From Myxococcales bacterium (lineage in GTDB: Bacteria; Myxococcota_A; Polyangia; Polyangiales; Polyangiaceae), in assembly GCA_043747615.1 (NCBI GenBank), contig JAYTOU010000091.1, forward strand, positions 64,001 through 128,000: a DNA stretch of 64,000 nt, read 5' to 3'. The position numbers were made by a program, and so were the translations under genes. Positions 22,422-32,720 of this stretch are shown piece by piece; position 1 is the stretch's first letter; each line of letters begins with the position of its first letter. The notes below the pieces were generated by a model that saw only the letters and a program-made list of their open reading frames with translations, was not told where the DNA came from and did no database searches.

Positions 22422-23381
22422 ATGCGGGCAATCGCAGCCGGGCTGAGCGACGTAGGGCTACAGCGCGAGCACAACGAAGATTCCTTCGTCGTTCTCAAGG
22501 AATACGATCTGTTCGTCGTCGCCGACGGCATGGGCGGGCACCGCGCGGGCGATGTGGCGTCCAAGCTCGCTACCGAGACGATCAGCGAGTTCTTCAAGTC
22601 GACGGCGAACGAAGACGTGACCTGGCCGTTCCACTTCGACACGAATTTGTCGGAAGAAGAGAACCGCCTCCTCACGGGCATTCGCGTCGCGAACCGCCAA
22701 ATTTTCGAGCGGAGCACACGCTCCCGCGAATTTCACGGAATGGGCACCACCGTCGTCGGCGCCATGTTCAGCCCGCGCAAGAAGCGGATGTACATCGGTC
22801 ACGTCGGCGACTCGCGCTGCTACCGCGTTCGCAAGGGCAACATCCAGCTGATGACGCGCGATCACTCGCTCATCAACGACTACCTGCTTGCGATGCCCGA
22901 CCTCAGCGAAGAGCAGCGGAGCGAGCTCCCGAAGAACGTCATCACCCGCGCACTCGGAATGCAGGATCAGGTGGTCGTCGATCTACAGCATGACAGCCCC
23001 GAGGACGGCGACGTCTACGTCCTCTGCTCCGACGGCTTGTCAGGGATGATCGTGGACGAAGAGATCCAGCGCATCATCACCGGCGCGAACAACATCGGCG
23101 AAGCCTGTCGCAAGCTCATCGAAAAAGCGAACGAGCACGGCGGCGAGGACAACATCACCGCGGTCCTCATCAAGATCGAAGAGCTCCAAGACACCGTGGA
23201 AGACGCCGCTCCTCCGTCGGCGGTCTCCGGTGACGGGCCTACGGTCATCCAGACCAAGGCGGCGATCTTGAATCAAGCCATGCCTCACGAGCAGGCGGCA
23301 GCTCCGGAAAATTTCGGCGAAGAGCCGACGCACCCAGGTGCGGCCGGCGCCTCCGACTCGCTCAACAAACCGAAGCCCTGA
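22422..23381 (+). CDS. PP2C-family Ser/Thr protein phosphatase (Stp1/PrpC-like)
   Basis: REHNED, VADGMGGH, GMGTT, HVGDSR, LCSDGL, GGEDNIT. Confidence 0.95.
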   Translation: MRAIAAGLSDVGLQREHNEDSFVVLKEYDLFVVADGMGGHRAGDVASKLATETISEFFKSTANEDVTWPFHFDTNLSEEENRLLTGIRVANRQIFERSTRSREFHGMGTTVVGAMFSPRKKRMYIGHVGDSRCYRVRKGNIQLMTRDHSLINDYLLAMPDLSEEQRSELPKNVITRALGMQDQVVVDLQHDSPEDGDVYVLCSDGLSGMIVDEEIQRIITGANNIGEACRKLIEKANEHGGEDNITAVLIKIEELQDTVEDAAPPSAVSGDGPTVIQTKAAILNQAMPHEQAAAPENFGEEPTHPGAAGASDSLNKPKP

Positions 23382-23387
23382 GATAAA

Positions 23388-24104
23388 ATGGTCAAAGCGA
23401 TCTTCACGATCCTCGGCGGGTTCTGTGTCTACGTCATGGGGACCCTGAGCTACGCGGGGATTGCGCTTCTCATGGGCATCGAGAGCGCGTGCATTCCTCT
23501 GCCGAGCGAGCTCATCATGCCCTACGCGGGGGCGATGACCGATCCGGCGGTGAACGCGTCCCTCGCATCGACGTTCCACATCGGTCTTCCGATCTTCAAC
23601 ATCTGGATCGCGGCGTTCGCAGGCGCGATCGGCTGCAACCTCGGGAGCGAAGTCGCGTACTGGGTCGGCGCCACGGGCGGACGCAAGGCGATCGAAAAGT
23701 ATGGGCGCTTCGTGCTCGTCAGCCCCCACGAGCTGCAGATCGCCGATCGCTGGTTCGACAAACGTGGCGAGATCATCATCCTCGTTGCCCGGCTCCTGCC
23801 GGTGATCCGCACGTTCATCGCTTTTCCAGCGGGCGTTGCGCGGATGAACCGCACAAAGTTTCACGTCTACACCTTCGTGGGATCGTTTCCTTGGTGTCTC
23901 GGTCTGGCGATGGTCGGCCAAAAGCTCGGCCTCGAGCTGCTCGCAGAGAGCTCGCCGCTCAAGCACTTCATGCACAAGTTCGACGCCGTCATTGGCGGCG
24001 TGATCATCCTCGCGGCGATCTTCTTCGTGCGCTCGCGCCTGAAGGCTCTCAAGAGCTACCGCGACGCCGACAAGCTCGCCGCCGCAGCCGCAACAGAGAA
24101 GTAG
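23388..24104 (+). CDS. DedA family membrane protein
   Basis: ESACIPLPSELIMP, ARLLPVIRTFIAFPAG. Confidence 0.92.
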   Translation: MVKAIFTILGGFCVYVMGTLSYAGIALLMGIESACIPLPSELIMPYAGAMTDPAVNASLASTFHIGLPIFNIWIAAFAGAIGCNLGSEVAYWVGATGGRKAIEKYGRFVLVSPHELQIADRWFDKRGEIIILVARLLPVIRTFIAFPAGVARMNRTKFHVYTFVGSFPWCLGLAMVGQKLGLELLAESSPLKHFMHKFDAVIGGVIILAAIFFVRSRLKALKSYRDADKLAAAAATEK

Positions 24105-24177
24105 ACCTACAAAACTACGACGCCGCGAGGGCCCCCTGACGAGGACCTCCGCGGCGTTCGCGTTGCGCGTTCGGTGA

Positions 24178-25164
24178 TTACTTGGAGATGGTCAGCGTGC
24201 CGCTGATGCCGCCGCCTTGCACCTCGAACTTCGTGGGGATGTCACTCACCATGAAGCTGGGGGTTTCGTTCGTTACGCCGATGCCAAATACGCCGGCGAT
24301 GTTCGGATCGCCGGCTTTTTCGAGGTGAGCAAGAAGGGCCGCAGGCACGGTGCCCGTCCCCGCGGACGCATCGAAATTGCAGCTGACGATGACGGCGAAT
24401 CTGTCGCTGAGCGACTCGTAGGTGAAGAAAGCCTTGCCCGCTCCCCCTCCCGTCCACGTCGCGACGAGGTCCACCGTGCGATCGACGTCGGGGCAGGTGC
24501 TCCCCGTGCAGGCGGGGGCCGTGACCGTAATGTCGCTTGGAGCGACGACCGTTTGGGTCGGAATCGCGGGAAGATCCGCGCCGCCAGCGCCCGTCGCGGT
24601 GAGCATGTCGCCACCCGCAAAGAACTGGAGGCTGCTGGTTACCGACTTATAACCGTTGAACATATAGGGGCCGACGACTTGCGGGCCGTAGGTGAGCGTC
24701 GCGGCTCCGGCGTCGCCCGTGCCGCCGGCGATGGTGATCGTGCCCGCGTTGAGGGTGTTCGGAATGATGCGCATTCCGGCGTCGGTCGCGGGCGGAATGC
24801 AAAGTTTGCTCGCAATGCAGGCGCCCATCGTCACGTTCACCATCTCCGGGCACGGCATCGGGGTGACCGTGGACAACATGGTCCTCTGAAAGGAGGCGTT
24901 GGCACTGAAGTCGTAGGTGCCAGAGAAGTTGAATTGAGTGACGCGGATCAGGCCGACATTGCGCGTCCCCGTACTGCCGTCGCCGCCGCCGCTGTCGCCC
25001 CCGCCGCCCCCGTCGCCCCCGCCGCCTTCACCGCCGGAGCCGCCATCACCCGTCGTTCCGCCGTCGTTGTTCGTGGCGGAGGTCGAAGAGCAGGCGAGAA
25101 AACCGCCGCTCGCAGCCGCGAGGCCAAGGACGCCGAGGCACGTTGCTCTGAAAATTTTGTTCAT
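24178..25164 (-). CDS. Hypothetical lipoprotein with Gly/Asp-rich linker
   Basis: GGAGG RBS before ATG 25164, FLAC lipobox, GGDGG repeats. Confidence 0.75.
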   Translation of the reverse strand: MNKIFRATCLGVLGLAAASGGFLACSSTSATNNDGGTTGDGGSGGEGGGGDGGGGGDSGGGDGSTGTRNVGLIRVTQFNFSGTYDFSANASFQRTMLSTVTPMPCPEMVNVTMGACIASKLCIPPATDAGMRIIPNTLNAGTITIAGGTGDAGAATLTYGPQVVGPYMFNGYKSVTSSLQFFAGGDMLTATGAGGADLPAIPTQTVVAPSDITVTAPACTGSTCPDVDRTVDLVATWTGGGAGKAFFTYESLSDRFAVIVSCNFDASAGTGTVPAALLAHLEKAGDPNIAGVFGIGVTNETPSFMVSDIPTKFEVQGGGISGTLTISK

Positions 25165-25366
25165 GGTTTCCTCCCGATAAGAGTTCAGATGGGCAGCGTG
25201 CCCCAAATCGAAGATGCGCGAGCGCGCACGGTACATGGACGGCCCGGCGCCGCCCAACATTCAAGTCCTCTCTCCCGGCTCACGAATCCCAGAACGGGGC
25301 AGCCCCGGCTCGCGGCTGAACCGCGCCGGCCTTGGGCGTCTTGCGTTTCCGCGGTAGATTCCTTGG

Positions 25367-27118
25367 ATGTCGCAAGACGTCGTCGATCCGAAGCCACAAC
25401 CCCGCGTGACCGAAAAATCGGACAGCTACACCTCGCAGGGCGAAGTCCCCGGCACGGACCTCGAGGCGCTGCGTGCGGCGACGGTTGCATGGCGAAGAGG
25501 CGCGCTCGCGAAGAGCACGGCAAAGATGCCGCCGAGGCGCGAGCAGTTCAAGACGTCGAGCGACCTCGATGTGCCGGACGTGGTGAACCCTTCGGACGTT
25601 CCGATGGACTACGCAAAAGACATTGGGTTTCCGGGTGAATATCCGTTCACGCGCGGCGTGCAGCCCACGATGTACCGCTCGCGCTTGTGGACGATGCGCA
25701 TGTTCGCCGGCTTCGGCACCCCGGAGCTCACGAACACACGTTTTCATTATCTCCTCAAAGAAGGGCAGACCGGGCTCTCCACCGCTTTCGATTTTCCGAC
25801 CCTCATGGGCTACGACAGCGACTCTCCACGCTCGCTGGGCGAGGTCGGCATGTGCGGCGTCGCGGTCGACACGCTGAAAGACATGGAGACGCTGTTCGAC
25901 GGGATCCCGCTCGACAAGGTCACCACCTCGATGACCATCAACGGGCCGGCGATCGTCCTTTTGTGTTTCTACATCGCGCTCGCGGACGTCCGCGGCATCT
26001 CGAGAAAAGCCATCGGCGGCACGGTGCAGAACGACTGCCTGAAGGAGTTCATCGCCCAGCACGCGTGGCTCGTCCCGCCGCGGCCCGCGATGCGGATCGT
26101 GACCGACATGATCGAGTTCTGCACGACGGAGGTGCCACGCTGGAACACCGTGTCGATCAGCGGCTATCACATTCGTGAAGCCGGGAGCACCGCCGCTCAA
26201 GAGCTCGCGTTCACGATCGCCGACGGCATCGCCTACGTAGAGAGCTGCGTCGAGCGGGGTCTCGACGTCGACGCGTTTGCTCCGCGCCTCTCCTTCTTCT
26301 TCGACGTGCACAACGATTTCTTCGAGGAGATCGCGAAATTCCGCGCCGCACGACGGATCTGGGCGCGTCTGATGAAGGAGCGATTCGGGGCTAAGAACGC
26401 CGACTCGATGAAGCTCCGCACGCATGCCCAGACTGCAGGCGTGTCGCTCACCGCGCAGCAGCCTTACAACAACGTGGTGCGGGTGGCCCTCCAGGCGCTC
26501 GCCGCGGTGCTCGGGGGCACGCAGTCCCTCCACACCAACTCCATGGACGAGACGTACGCGCTTCCCACCGAGGACGCGGTGACCATCGCCCTTCGCACCC
26601 AGCAAATCATCGCTGAGGAGAGCGGCGTGGCCAGTACCATCGATCCGCTTGGAGGCAGCTATTTCGTAGAGGATCTCACGAACCGCATGGAGGCCGCAGC
26701 GATGACCTACATCAAGCGGATCGACGAGATGGGCGGTATGGTCGCGGCCATCGAAAAGGGGTACCCGCAGCGCGAGATTGCAGCGAGCGCGTACCGCTTC
26801 CAGCGCGAGCTCGAGGCGAACGAAAAAATCATGGTGGGCGTGAACGCCTACGTGACTGACAAGGATGCGGCCATCCCGCTCCTCAAGATCGACGAGGCGG
26901 GGCAGAAGTCACAGATCGACAAGTTGAAGACCCTGAAGGCGTCGCGCGATGCCGCGAGGGTCAAGGTTTGCCTCGATGCCGTTCGCGTCGCGGCGAGCTC
27001 CAAGCAAAACTTGATGGCACCGATCATCGACGCCGCGAAGGCGTATGCGACGCAGCAGGAAATCTGCGACGTGCTCCGTGACGTCTTCGGAACGTACACG
27101 GACCCGGCAGAGTTTTAG
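25367..27118 (+). CDS. B12-dependent acyl-CoA mutase large subunit, isobutyryl-CoA-mutase-like
   Basis: WTMRMFAGF and [14 protein letters not shown] carry Phe/Gln where MCM has Tyr/Arg. No B12-binding domain. Confidence 0.88.
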   Translation: MSQDVVDPKPQPRVTEKSDSYTSQGEVPGTDLEALRAATVAWRRGALAKSTAKMPPRREQFKTSSDLDVPDVVNPSDVPMDYAKDIGFPGEYPFTRGVQPTMYRSRLWTMRMFAGFGTPELTNTRFHYLLKEGQTGLSTAFDFPTLMGYDSDSPRSLGEVGMCGVAVDTLKDMETLFDGIPLDKVTTSMTINGPAIVLLCFYIALADVRGISRKAIGGTVQNDCLKEFIAQHAWLVPPRPAMRIVTDMIEFCTTEVPRWNTVSISGYHIREAGSTAAQELAFTIADGIAYVESCVERGLDVDAFAPRLSFFFDVHNDFFEEIAKFRAARRIWARLMKERFGAKNADSMKLRTHAQTAGVSLTAQQPYNNVVRVALQALAAVLGGTQSLHTNSMDETYALPTEDAVTIALRTQQIIAEESGVASTIDPLGGSYFVEDLTNRMEAAAMTYIKRIDEMGGMVAAIEKGYPQREIAASAYRFQRELEANEKIMVGVNAYVTDKDAAIPLLKIDEAGQKSQIDKLKTLKASRDAARVKVCLDAVRVAASSKQNLMAPIIDAAKAYATQQEICDVLRDVFGTYTDPAEF

Positions 27119-27121
27119 TTC

Positions 27122-28546
27122 TCAGCCGACGATGTCGCGGGCGATTTTTTGGGCCTGGCGAATGCAGTCGGGTATGCCAACGCCGTCGTAGGTGTTCGAT
27201 GCGGTGTGCAATCCGGGAATCTCTTCGAGGACCGCGCGCAGCTTGCGCACCCTCCCGAGGTGGCCGAGGTAAGGCTGGGGGCTGGCCCGCTCGAAGCGAA
27301 ATACACTTGAAAATAAGGGCTCCGCGGTGATCGTCATCATCGACTTGATCTCACGAAGCGCGAGGGCCACGAGGGCGTCGTCGTCTCGATCGAGGATGTC
27401 TTCGCGCTCCGCCCCTCCGAGAAATACGCGCATGAGAACATGACCTCCGGGTGCGCGATGGCCCCACTTGCTGGAGACCCACGTTCCGGCGAGGACCGCC
27501 CTCCCTTCGGCGCGCGGCACGATGAAACCGCTGGCGTCGAGGGGGTGAGCGACGTCTTGCCTGCGAAACGCGAAGAAGGCGGTGGCCGACGAAGCGTGAC
27601 CCATGAGCCCGTCGAACGCGTGGGCGAGCCCCGGGTCCATCGTGCGAACCGCGGACGCACTGACGTACGAAGGAACGGCGAGCACCACGTGATCGGCGAT
27701 CTCCAGGCCGCCGTCGGTCGTCTCGACTCCGAAGCGTCCGCGAGCGTCGTCGTGGTCGAGGAGCGAAACCTCCTTCACCCCGACGCTGGTGCGCACGCGG
27801 TCCCCGAGCTTTTCGGCGAGCGCTTCGACGAGACGTGACATCCCTCCATGGAGTGACTCGAACATGCTGGGCGGGCTGTCCGCTTGCGCCGCCGCTGCCT
27901 CACGAAGGCGCCGCAGCGCGCGCATCGCCTGGATGAGCGATCCATATTTTGCCTCGGCGGCGACGAGCTGGGGAAAGGCGGCACGCACCGAAATCGCTTG
28001 GGCGTTGCCGGCGAAGATCCCTCCGAGGAGCGGGGCGGCGAGGCGATCGGTGACCTGATCGCCGAGCCTTCGGGTGATGAACTCGGCCACCGATTCATCC
28101 TCGTCGTCGTGAAAGGTCCGCACCGGGACGAACGGCTCGAGCGCCATGCGAAGCTTTGCGTCCCACGAGAAGAGTGGGGTCCGGGCGATGGGTCCGATCT
28201 CCGTGGGGATCCCGAGGACGAGCCCCTCGGGCATGAGAAGCAGCTCTCTTTCCCAGGCGATGTAGACCTGGCGATTCGTCTCCACCGTACCCATCAGCTC
28301 GTGGCCGAGGCCGAGCCGCTTTGCCAGGTCGGCGGCGTGAGGCTTCGCTGAGACCCACGAATCGGGACCGCCATCGAGGACGAATCCCCCTCGCTTCTCG
28401 GTGATGATCGCTCCCCCGAGGCGGCCGCTCCGCTCGAGGACGCTGACCTCGATGACCTTTTTTGCCGACGCCGCGAGCTCGAGGATCTCGTACGCGCAGG
28501 AGAGTCCAGTGATACCCCCGCCGACGACGATCACGCGCTCGCTCAT
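27122..28546 (-). CDS. hemY: HemY-type proto/coproporphyrinogen oxidase
   Basis: VVGGGITGL, DGGPDSW, PLLGGIFAG, PQPYLGH, GVGIPDCI. Start ATG 28546 overlaps the hemH stop. Confidence 0.93.
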   Translation of the reverse strand: MSERVIVVGGGITGLSCAYEILELAASAKKVIEVSVLERSGRLGGAIITEKRGGFVLDGGPDSWVSAKPHAADLAKRLGLGHELMGTVETNRQVYIAWERELLLMPEGLVLGIPTEIGPIARTPLFSWDAKLRMALEPFVPVRTFHDDEDESVAEFITRRLGDQVTDRLAAPLLGGIFAGNAQAISVRAAFPQLVAAEAKYGSLIQAMRALRRLREAAAAQADSPPSMFESLHGGMSRLVEALAEKLGDRVRTSVGVKEVSLLDHDDARGRFGVETTDGGLEIADHVVLAVPSYVSASAVRTMDPGLAHAFDGLMGHASSATAFFAFRRQDVAHPLDASGFIVPRAEGRAVLAGTWVSSKWGHRAPGGHVLMRVFLGGAEREDILDRDDDALVALALREIKSMMTITAEPLFSSVFRFERASPQPYLGHLGRVRKLRAVLEEIPGLHTASNTYDGVGIPDCIRQAQKIARDIVG

Positions 28547-29466
28547 CGCGACTGCGTTTGTGCCGTGGCGAGAAGAGGAGCGGCGACGGCGGCGATGGTG
28601 TCGACGAGCGCGTCGGAATCGTTGAGCGAGGGCACACGGATCGTCTCGAGACCTAGGGCGCGGGCCCACTCGCGGGCCTCGACATCGAGGTCGTAGAGGA
28701 TCTCGACGTGGTCGGCGAGGAAGCCGATCGGCGCGAAAATGACTCGGTTTTGGCCCTCCTTGGCGATGTCGCCGAGGGTGGTCTCGAGATTTGGTCCGAG
28801 CCATTCCATGCCCGTTCCGATCCCCTGGCTCTGAAAGGCGACGACGTGCTTCGGGGCGTCTTCTCCGAGAAGCTTCACCACGGCCTCGACGCTCGCGCGA
28901 AATTCCTTCTCGTAATGATCGCCCGAGCGGATGATCGCGACCGGCAGGCTGTGCGCCGAAAAGAGGAGCGTTGTCCTCTTGCGGTCCTGCGTCGAGAGGG
29001 GGGCGAAAGTCTTCCGGACCTCGTTCGCGTAGGCCGCGACGAGCAACGGCGACTGCCCCCAATTCGTTGCACAACGCACGGTCATCGAGCTGCCTAGCTC
29101 CGAAACGGCTTTTTTTGCAGCGTCACCGTAGACGGCAGCGGAATGCTGAGCGAGCGGCACGACGGCTAGCTCGCTGATTCCTTCGGCGGCGAGCTCCTTC
29201 GCCACGTCGGCCACATACGGATGCCACAGGCGCATCGCGATGCGGGTGGGGATGCCGAGACGAGCCTCGAGCTTCGTTGCGAGCGAGCGTGAGATGTCGA
29301 GGAGCGGCGAGCGCCCTCCGATGGCGGCGTAGCGACGACGGAGCTCGGCGATGAGCTCAGGGGGCGGCGCGTGCCCTCGTCGAATGTTCGTGACGAACGC
29401 CGGGAGGTCGTCGAGATTTTCGACTGTCCCGTGCGCAACGAGCAGAAGTGCTGATCGCGCGCTCAT
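28543..29466 (-). CDS. hemH: Ferrochelatase
   Basis: RYAAIGGRSPL, FSAHSLP, FQSQG, WLGP, GFLADHVEILYDLD. Confidence 0.95.
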   Translation of the reverse strand: MSARSALLLVAHGTVENLDDLPAFVTNIRRGHAPPPELIAELRRRYAAIGGRSPLLDISRSLATKLEARLGIPTRIAMRLWHPYVADVAKELAAEGISELAVVPLAQHSAAVYGDAAKKAVSELGSSMTVRCATNWGQSPLLVAAYANEVRKTFAPLSTQDRKRTTLLFSAHSLPVAIIRSGDHYEKEFRASVEAVVKLLGEDAPKHVVAFQSQGIGTGMEWLGPNLETTLGDIAKEGQNRVIFAPIGFLADHVEILYDLDVEAREWARALGLETIRVPSLNDSDALVDTIAAVAAPLLATAQTQSR

Positions 29467-30494
29467 TTGTGGGCCTCGTAGGAGTGCACGAAGTCCACGA
29501 CCGCTTGCACGTTCTCTACCGGAGTTTCCGGCAAAATCCCGTGTCCGAGGTTGAAGATGTGACCGGGCCGACCCGCAGCTGCATCGAGGATTCGCTTCGC
29601 GTGCTTCTGGGCAACGGCGGGTGGCGCGAAGAGCGTCGTGGGGTCGAGGTTGCCCTGGACGGCGTGATTCGGACCGACGCGGTCCCTGCCCTCGCCAAAC
29701 GGCGTGCGCCAGTCGAGCCCGATCACGTGACCCCCTGCGTCGCGCTGGAGATCGAGGAGCGCCTGGGTGCCGGTTCCGAAGTGGATCACGGGGACGCCGC
29801 AGGTCATCACGTCCTTCAAAATATGGGCGACGTGCGGCTGCACGAACTCGATGTAGTCCTCACGATTTAGCTGACCGATCCACGAGTCGAAGAGCTGCAC
29901 GCAGTCGGCCCCGGCGAGGATTTGCGCACGGAGGTAGCGGCGCACGACCTCGGAGAGTTTTCCCATCAGCGCGTTCCACGCCTCGGGATCCGAGTACATG
30001 AGCCTCTTGGTCTTCGCGAAGTGGGCGCTCTTTCCCCCTTCAATGAGGTAGCTCGCGAGTGTGAACGGCGCGCCCGCGAAGCCGATGAGCGGCAGCTTCC
30101 CGGTGAGCTCCTTCTTGATCGTGCGAATCGATTCGAGCACGTAGCCGAGGCCGTCCTCCGGCTCGATCACGCGCAACTTGTCGATCTGCGCGCGGCTGGT
30201 GATCGGCTCGTGGATGACCGGTCCCTCTCCCTTTGCGAACTCGAACGATGCGCCCATTGGCTCGAGTGGAAGCAAGATGTCTGCGAAGAGAATCGCCGCG
30301 TCGAAGCCGAGCTTGAGGGGCTGGAGGGTAACCTCGCAGGAGAGCTCCGGATTTTTGCAGAGCTCGATCAGCGTGTACTTGGCTCGGAGCGCACGGTACT
30401 CCGGCATGTAACGCCCCGCTTGGCGCATGAACCAAACCGGAGTCACGTCGACGGGCTCGCGACGGCATGCGCGCAGAAAGCGATCATTCATCAT
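29463..30494 (-). CDS. hemE: Uroporphyrinogen decarboxylase
   Basis: PVWFMRQAGRYMPEY, LIGFAGAPFTLASY, QLFDSW, QGNLDP, IFNLGHGI. Confidence 0.97.
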   Translation of the reverse strand: MMNDRFLRACRREPVDVTPVWFMRQAGRYMPEYRALRAKYTLIELCKNPELSCEVTLQPLKLGFDAAILFADILLPLEPMGASFEFAKGEGPVIHEPITSRAQIDKLRVIEPEDGLGYVLESIRTIKKELTGKLPLIGFAGAPFTLASYLIEGGKSAHFAKTKRLMYSDPEAWNALMGKLSEVVRRYLRAQILAGADCVQLFDSWIGQLNREDYIEFVQPHVAHILKDVMTCGVPVIHFGTGTQALLDLQRDAGGHVIGLDWRTPFGEGRDRVGPNHAVQGNLDPTTLFAPPAVAQKHAKRILDAAAGRPGHIFNLGHGILPETPVENVQAVVDFVHSYEAHK

Positions 30495-30681
30495 GTGCCC
30501 GTCAGACTAGCGCAGGATTGCGAAGAGACGGCGAAGCGTTTAGCGGGGCACCAGCCATATTGGTCCCCCGTCGATTCGTCGGACTCATATCCCTCTGCCT
30601 GCTCGCCCATCGCGCGTGCGCGTCCGCATCGCACCGTTCGTCGGTGACGATCGCGACACGAGCAACGTGACGAGCTAGATC

Positions 30682-32718
30682 CTACGATTTCTGGTTGTAG
30701 TTGGTATTTTCCAGCAGGATCACGTTCGACTTCGAGCGGGTCTCGCCCACGCTCGTGATGTACACGGCGGGATCGTCTTGAACCGGGCAGACTTTTTCGC
30801 ACGCGCCGCAGCCGATGCACAAGCTCGGGTCCACGTGAGGGCGCTGCAGATGGACGGTCTTCATCGCGGGCTGCGCGCCGTCGGGGCCGGGCTTCGAGTC
30901 GCGCACCTGAGCGTCGACCTCTTCCACCCAGATCGCTTTCGGCGACGTCGGACAGAACTCTTCGCAGACGATGCAGGGCGTCTGCATGCTCCAAGGCAGG
31001 CAGCGTCCCTGGTTGTAGAACGCCGTCCCGATCTTGATCGGCGGAATACCTTTTCCCTGTTTTTCTTTTTCGGTGATCTTCTGGATCGCCCCTGTCGGAC
31101 ACACCTGGCCGCAGAGAACGCAGGAGTGCTCGCAGTAGCCGATGCGCGCAATGAGGATGGGCGTCCAGATGCCCTCTACGCCCGCTTCGAGAAACGCAGG
31201 GTGGAGCGCGTTGTTCGGACAGACCTTCATGCACTCGGCGCAGCGAATGCACCGCTCGAGAAAGGCGCGCTCTTCCACTGCACCCGGGGGGCGGATCACC
31301 TTCGACTGGTAGTTGACGTCCATCGTGTCGGCGATGCGCGCCGCGGGGAGAAAGAGGGCTCCCGCTCCTGCAGCTGCGAGGGCGGTGCGCCGCTCGACGT
31401 CGGGCCTGGTGATGGCGCTCCGGCGGTTGGGGAGGAAGCGAAACTTGATCACGTCCTCGGGGCACGAGGCTTCGCAGTTCATGCACATGTGGCATTCGTC
31501 CTGCCGCCACTTCACCCCGCCTTGGGGGCTGTCCGCGCCCTGGCAGTTGACGAGGCACAGGTTGCAATCCGTGCACTTTGCATGATCCTTCTCCATCCCG
31601 AAGAGCGCAAAGCGAGAAAACACGCCTAAAAACGCGCCGAGCGGGCACAGGACGCGGCACCAAAATCGCGGAATGAAGCGGTTCGCAAAGAGGACGGCAA
31701 TGAGGAGAAAAACGATCAGCCACGTCTGGTGGAAGTAGAACTGATGCGACTGCCACACCGCGTGCGAGAGAAAATCCTGGGTGCGATCCGCGGCACCCTG
31801 AATGGGACGCGAGGGGATCGTGGCCGCAGCCCCGAGACCGCGCGCGCCCAGGTACTGCGCGGCAGGGATGACGCCGAGCCCGATCGAACGCACCGCGATG
31901 CAGATCGGATCGAAGAGACCGCCGATCGCGCTGCCGCCCACCGCGGCGAGCAGGAACGCGTACATCAGGTAGTATTTCGCGCGCTGGTAGACGTGCGTCT
32001 TGTTCGCTTCGACGCGTAAGCCGCCGCGCCCCCGACGGCTCGGGAGGATCCAGCCGAAGAAATGGTGGAGCGTGCCGAACGGGCAAATCCAGCCGCAGAA
32101 GACACGTCCGACGACGAGCGTGACGGCAAGGAGACCCACGCTCCAGAGGAGCCCGCGGTAAACGGTGTGCGTGGAGAGGACAGTCATCGCCGCAACGAAC
32201 GGATCGGCGAGGAGGTAAGCCTCGACCGGGAGCGGCAGACGCACCGGCGTGTCCGACTGCGCTGCGAACGTGCCGCGGAACGCCGTCTGGAAGAGGAAGT
32301 ACATGAAGAGGCCGAAGAAGAAGACCTGAGAAATTCTTCGCGCCCACACCAGGCCACGGATGATCGGCCGCGCCGGAATTCCCGAGCCCGGAAGCTTTGG
32401 ATCCTGCTTCTTGGGCTTCGACGGGGCTGGCGCCGCTGCGGCTCCGGCGTCGATCCCGAGCATCTGCGCCATCGCATCCACGCGCGACGCGGCCGCCGCG
32501 GTCATCTTCGCCGGGTCTTTCGCGGTCGCGCCCTTCGTGGTCGCGAGCAGGGGCGCACGCAGGACCCACGACGTGTCGCGATCGATCGAAGCCACGACGC
32601 CGACCCTCCCCGTCTTCCACGGAATCGGCTCCGGGAAAGTTGCGTTGAGCTCGGACGGAGGTGGAAGGATATTCGCGACGTCGAGGACCGCCGCGCCGTG
32701 TGAAGTTTGCGCAGCCAA
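30682..32718 (-). CDS. Membrane polyferredoxin (NapH/MauN-like fused to NapG/MauM-like)
   Basis: TM helices, two CxxxCP motifs and about six ferredoxin-type Cys clusters. Probable TTG start 32718 after GGAGG. Confidence 0.88.
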   Translation of the reverse strand: MAAQTSHGAAVLDVANILPPPSELNATFPEPIPWKTGRVGVVASIDRDTSWVLRAPLLATTKGATAKDPAKMTAAAASRVDAMAQMLGIDAGAAAAPAPSKPKKQDPKLPGSGIPARPIIRGLVWARRISQVFFFGLFMYFLFQTAFRGTFAAQSDTPVRLPLPVEAYLLADPFVAAMTVLSTHTVYRGLLWSVGLLAVTLVVGRVFCGWICPFGTLHHFFGWILPSRRGRGGLRVEANKTHVYQRAKYYLMYAFLLAAVGGSAIGGLFDPICIAVRSIGLGVIPAAQYLGARGLGAAATIPSRPIQGAADRTQDFLSHAVWQSHQFYFHQTWLIVFLLIAVLFANRFIPRFWCRVLCPLGAFLGVFSRFALFGMEKDHAKCTDCNLCLVNCQGADSPQGGVKWRQDECHMCMNCEASCPEDVIKFRFLPNRRSAITRPDVERRTALAAAGAGALFLPAARIADTMDVNYQSKVIRPPGAVEERAFLERCIRCAECMKVCPNNALHPAFLEAGVEGIWTPILIARIGYCEHSCVLCGQVCPTGAIQKITEKEKQGKGIPPIKIGTAFYNQGRCLPWSMQTPCIVCEEFCPTSPKAIWVEEVDAQVRDSKPGPDGAQPAMKTVHLQRPHVDPSLCIGCGACEKVCPVQDDPAVYITSVGETRSKSNVILLENTNYNQKS

Positions 32719-32720
32719 CG

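Noticed and set aside
24120..24156. GC-rich hairpin between convergent dedA and the lipoprotein gene
   Set aside because: Imperfect stem with no U-tract. It may be a terminator but cannot be supported.
24975..25075. Low-complexity CCG-rich repeats
   Set aside because: They encode an ordinary Gly/Asp linker (GGDGG) in a lipoprotein.
25165..25366. Cobalamin riboswitch upstream of the second B12 mutase
   Set aside because: No recognisable B12-box or conserved core motifs.
30495..30681. Possible small ORF or structured RNA upstream of hemE
   Set aside because: No convincing start/RBS, protein motif or stable structure was recognised.
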